Assembly (NCBI RefSeq): GCF_001194135.2
Contig: NC_068982.1
Location: 158,549,160-158,604,589 of the forward strand
Reading direction: 5' to 3'
DNA: 55,430 nucleotides
From: Octopus bimaculoides
Lineage: Eukaryota
The notes beneath the pieces are model-generated. The model ran no database searches, was not told the origin of the DNA, and was given only the letters and a program-made list of their open reading frames with translations. The translations under genes and the position numbers were made by a program. Positions 53,201 to 55,430 of the stretch are shown piece after piece; position 1 is the first letter of the stretch, and every line of letters begins with the position of its first letter.

Positions 53201-54639
53201 AAATTACAGAATTACTATATTGATTTACATTTGTACAATGATGTACATCAGTTAACACCATGTCTGATGGAATTTACTCAGAGAAATTTACCAGTAATGT
53301 TAATAGCATCATATCCAGTGTGCTAATTTACCCTAATTGATTTATATTATTTATCCAGTGATGAAAACAACATATCAACCCAGATTATAATTGTAATCGT
53401 TATTCACTATCATAAGTATATTGCATTAGGTTGCTAAGTGTGCGAGGAATAATTTGAAAATTTATGGATTTCAGGTTAATTTGCGTATCATCAGATATCT
53501 TACGTTGGTTGAAAATTTGCAATACCGAAATAAAATGTTAGATCTAAAGTTTCTTCATTTTATAAATTCTATTGACGGTGCTTTGAAACTTAAATAGTAT
53601 CCAGAATCGTTGTTCAAGCAACAGTTGAATCAACACAATATGAAAGAGCTGAATGTATATTAACAACTACGATGGAAGAAGCACTGAAAACAGCCTAGTA
53701 GGAACGTCGGGACAGGCGAGATTAGTGTAATTGATATTCCGTTTAAAAACTGTTGAAGGTCGATGGTTAAAGAAAAGCCATAAGCGGACATGTAATTCCA
53801 AAACGCAGAAATTTGGGGAGAAAGATTCTGGTAAAGTGATCAATGCATTTTTGGACAACTGGTCCCACCAAATCTCACTTGAGATTTAGCGAGACCAGTT
53901 GTCGGAAGAGTCATAGTGGTGGAAGACAGAGCCCAAGTTACCCAGCAAGCAGGTAGGTACAATTGTATGTATATCCTTTCTCAGGGGAATTTTCAAAATT
54001 CTACACATTTGGAGATGCACATCCATACATACAAACGTGGTACATAGATGCAAAACACACACACACACACACATAGGCATGCACACATAAGGAGACAGAG
54101 GTGTATACATAAACAAACACACGTTCACACACACACATACATAAAAAATACACAAACACGGACATGCAAGCACATGCATATGCAGAATACATACATACAG
54201 ATGCACACACACACATATATGTATATGCATGCCCACAAATATACACACACACACACACACATGCATACATACATACATGCATGCATAGACACGCACACAT
54301 GCGGACAAACAAACAAAAAAGAACGCAGTGTAAATAACAGACAGATTCAAGACTATTGAAAATATTGCAAAACGCAACGAAAACTTTAGGAAAATAAAAA
54401 TGAGGAATAAGTGGAAAATTTACCGGTGAGTGTGTTAAATTATAAAGCACTAAAAGAAAATAACTCTCACCAGACACAATAAAATATGCTTCAACACACG
54501 AACTCACATAAAGAATCTTGCAAACCAAATCCCAAAACGAAATATATATATAGTTGCTATTATTTCAAACTGTCGTGTCTCGGAATTTGGCAAAGTGCGT
54601 GTTTTTCAAAATTTATTTATGTTTGCCGTAACTGGTTTT

Positions 54640-54895
54640 TTTTGTCAAACTATCGTATCTCCAGCTGCTTCAAACGCTGAGATATCAAAAATTGTTGAAG
54701 TGTAGGACAACGGTTTTGCTATGTAATGATAAAACTATTTTGTCGTTTTCAGAAAACAGCAACGTTTTGAACTTACGACGTTTTGACATGATAGACTTTT
54801 TCACTTCCCGAGCGTTAAACTAATACATCTGTTTGTTGCCTACATCACCTGTCTTCCTCTTTTATTTATTTTTTTTTGTGTGAAATTTCCACCTA
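54640..54895 (-). mobile_element. Dispersed repeat family C, inverted and degenerate
   Basis: gactttttcacttcccgagcgttaaactaatacatctgtttgttgcctacatcacctgtcttc is the reverse complement of the family C core. Confidence 0.7.
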
Positions 54896-54896
54896 G

Positions 54897-54937
<41 letters not shown>

Positions 54938-55039
54938 CCTATCTATCTATCTATATACATATATATATATCTTCTCTTATCCTTGTACCTAATTGAGTCA
55001 TTTGACTGCTGCCATCATTTATCAAGTGATGGCGAGTGT

Positions 55040-55430
55040 GTGGACAAACACAGATAGATAGATATGTTTCTTTATTAGCCACACAGGGCTCAACATAGAG
55101 GGGACAAAATACAAATGTAGAGCTTTTCTTTTCGATGGGCACGAAAATAAAGTAAAAAATTAAAATGGGGATAACGATGAAAAGGCATCGAGAAAACGTT
55201 TGGGGTATGTACAAAAAAAAATGAAAATATTACAAAAATTTCCCAATAAATGGGGAGGTTATCCGTGGAAAAAAAAACCTACGGAAAAGACCACGGTAAC
55301 CTCGGTCCTTAGTGTCACAATTTGTTAAATAAAATTTCTTTTCTTTATGCAAGAAACGTAAGTAACTCTCTGTTTACAATATTTTAAACGTTTTATAGAA
55401 TCATGGTCAAGGTGGCTTCGTCGGTCATAC
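55040..55430 (-). mobile_element. Probable CR1-like LINE 3' end / 3' UTR with a stem-loop
   Basis: Contains an inverted repeat gaggttatccgtgg...ccacggtaacctc (about 55254-55303) in a layout like the 3' UTR of the CR1 fragment at 15220-15265. Assignment is from recall. Confidence 0.45.

Overview
AT-rich, microsatellite- and transposon-dense eukaryotic draft-assembly DNA with 11 N-gaps (about 2.7 kb in total). The repeat families look like those of an octopus genome (inference from remembered SINE families). Only one host coding exon is confidently recognisable: a 182-nt minus-strand exon (14570-14751) encoding part of the amino-terminal domain of a kainate-type ionotropic glutamate receptor, so most or all of the window is probably intron of a very large GluR gene. 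The rest is decayed mobile DNA: a Chapaev3-like DNA transposon, three mariner/Tc1 derivatives, Gypsy integrase remnants, a possible solo LTR, R4/Dong-type RLE LINEs next to (TAA)n tracts, CR1 and RTE LINE ends, and two SINE families. Best leads: (1) a dispersed repeat whose copies keep a minimal hammerhead-ribozyme-like layout on the GluR sense strand, (2) intronic dsRNA-forming structures near the exon, (3) microsatellite-targeted RLE retrotransposons, (4) unproven plus-strand exon candidates. Almost all ORFs in the supplied track are microsatellite, gap or transposon artefacts. All family assignments come from motif recall, not database searches.
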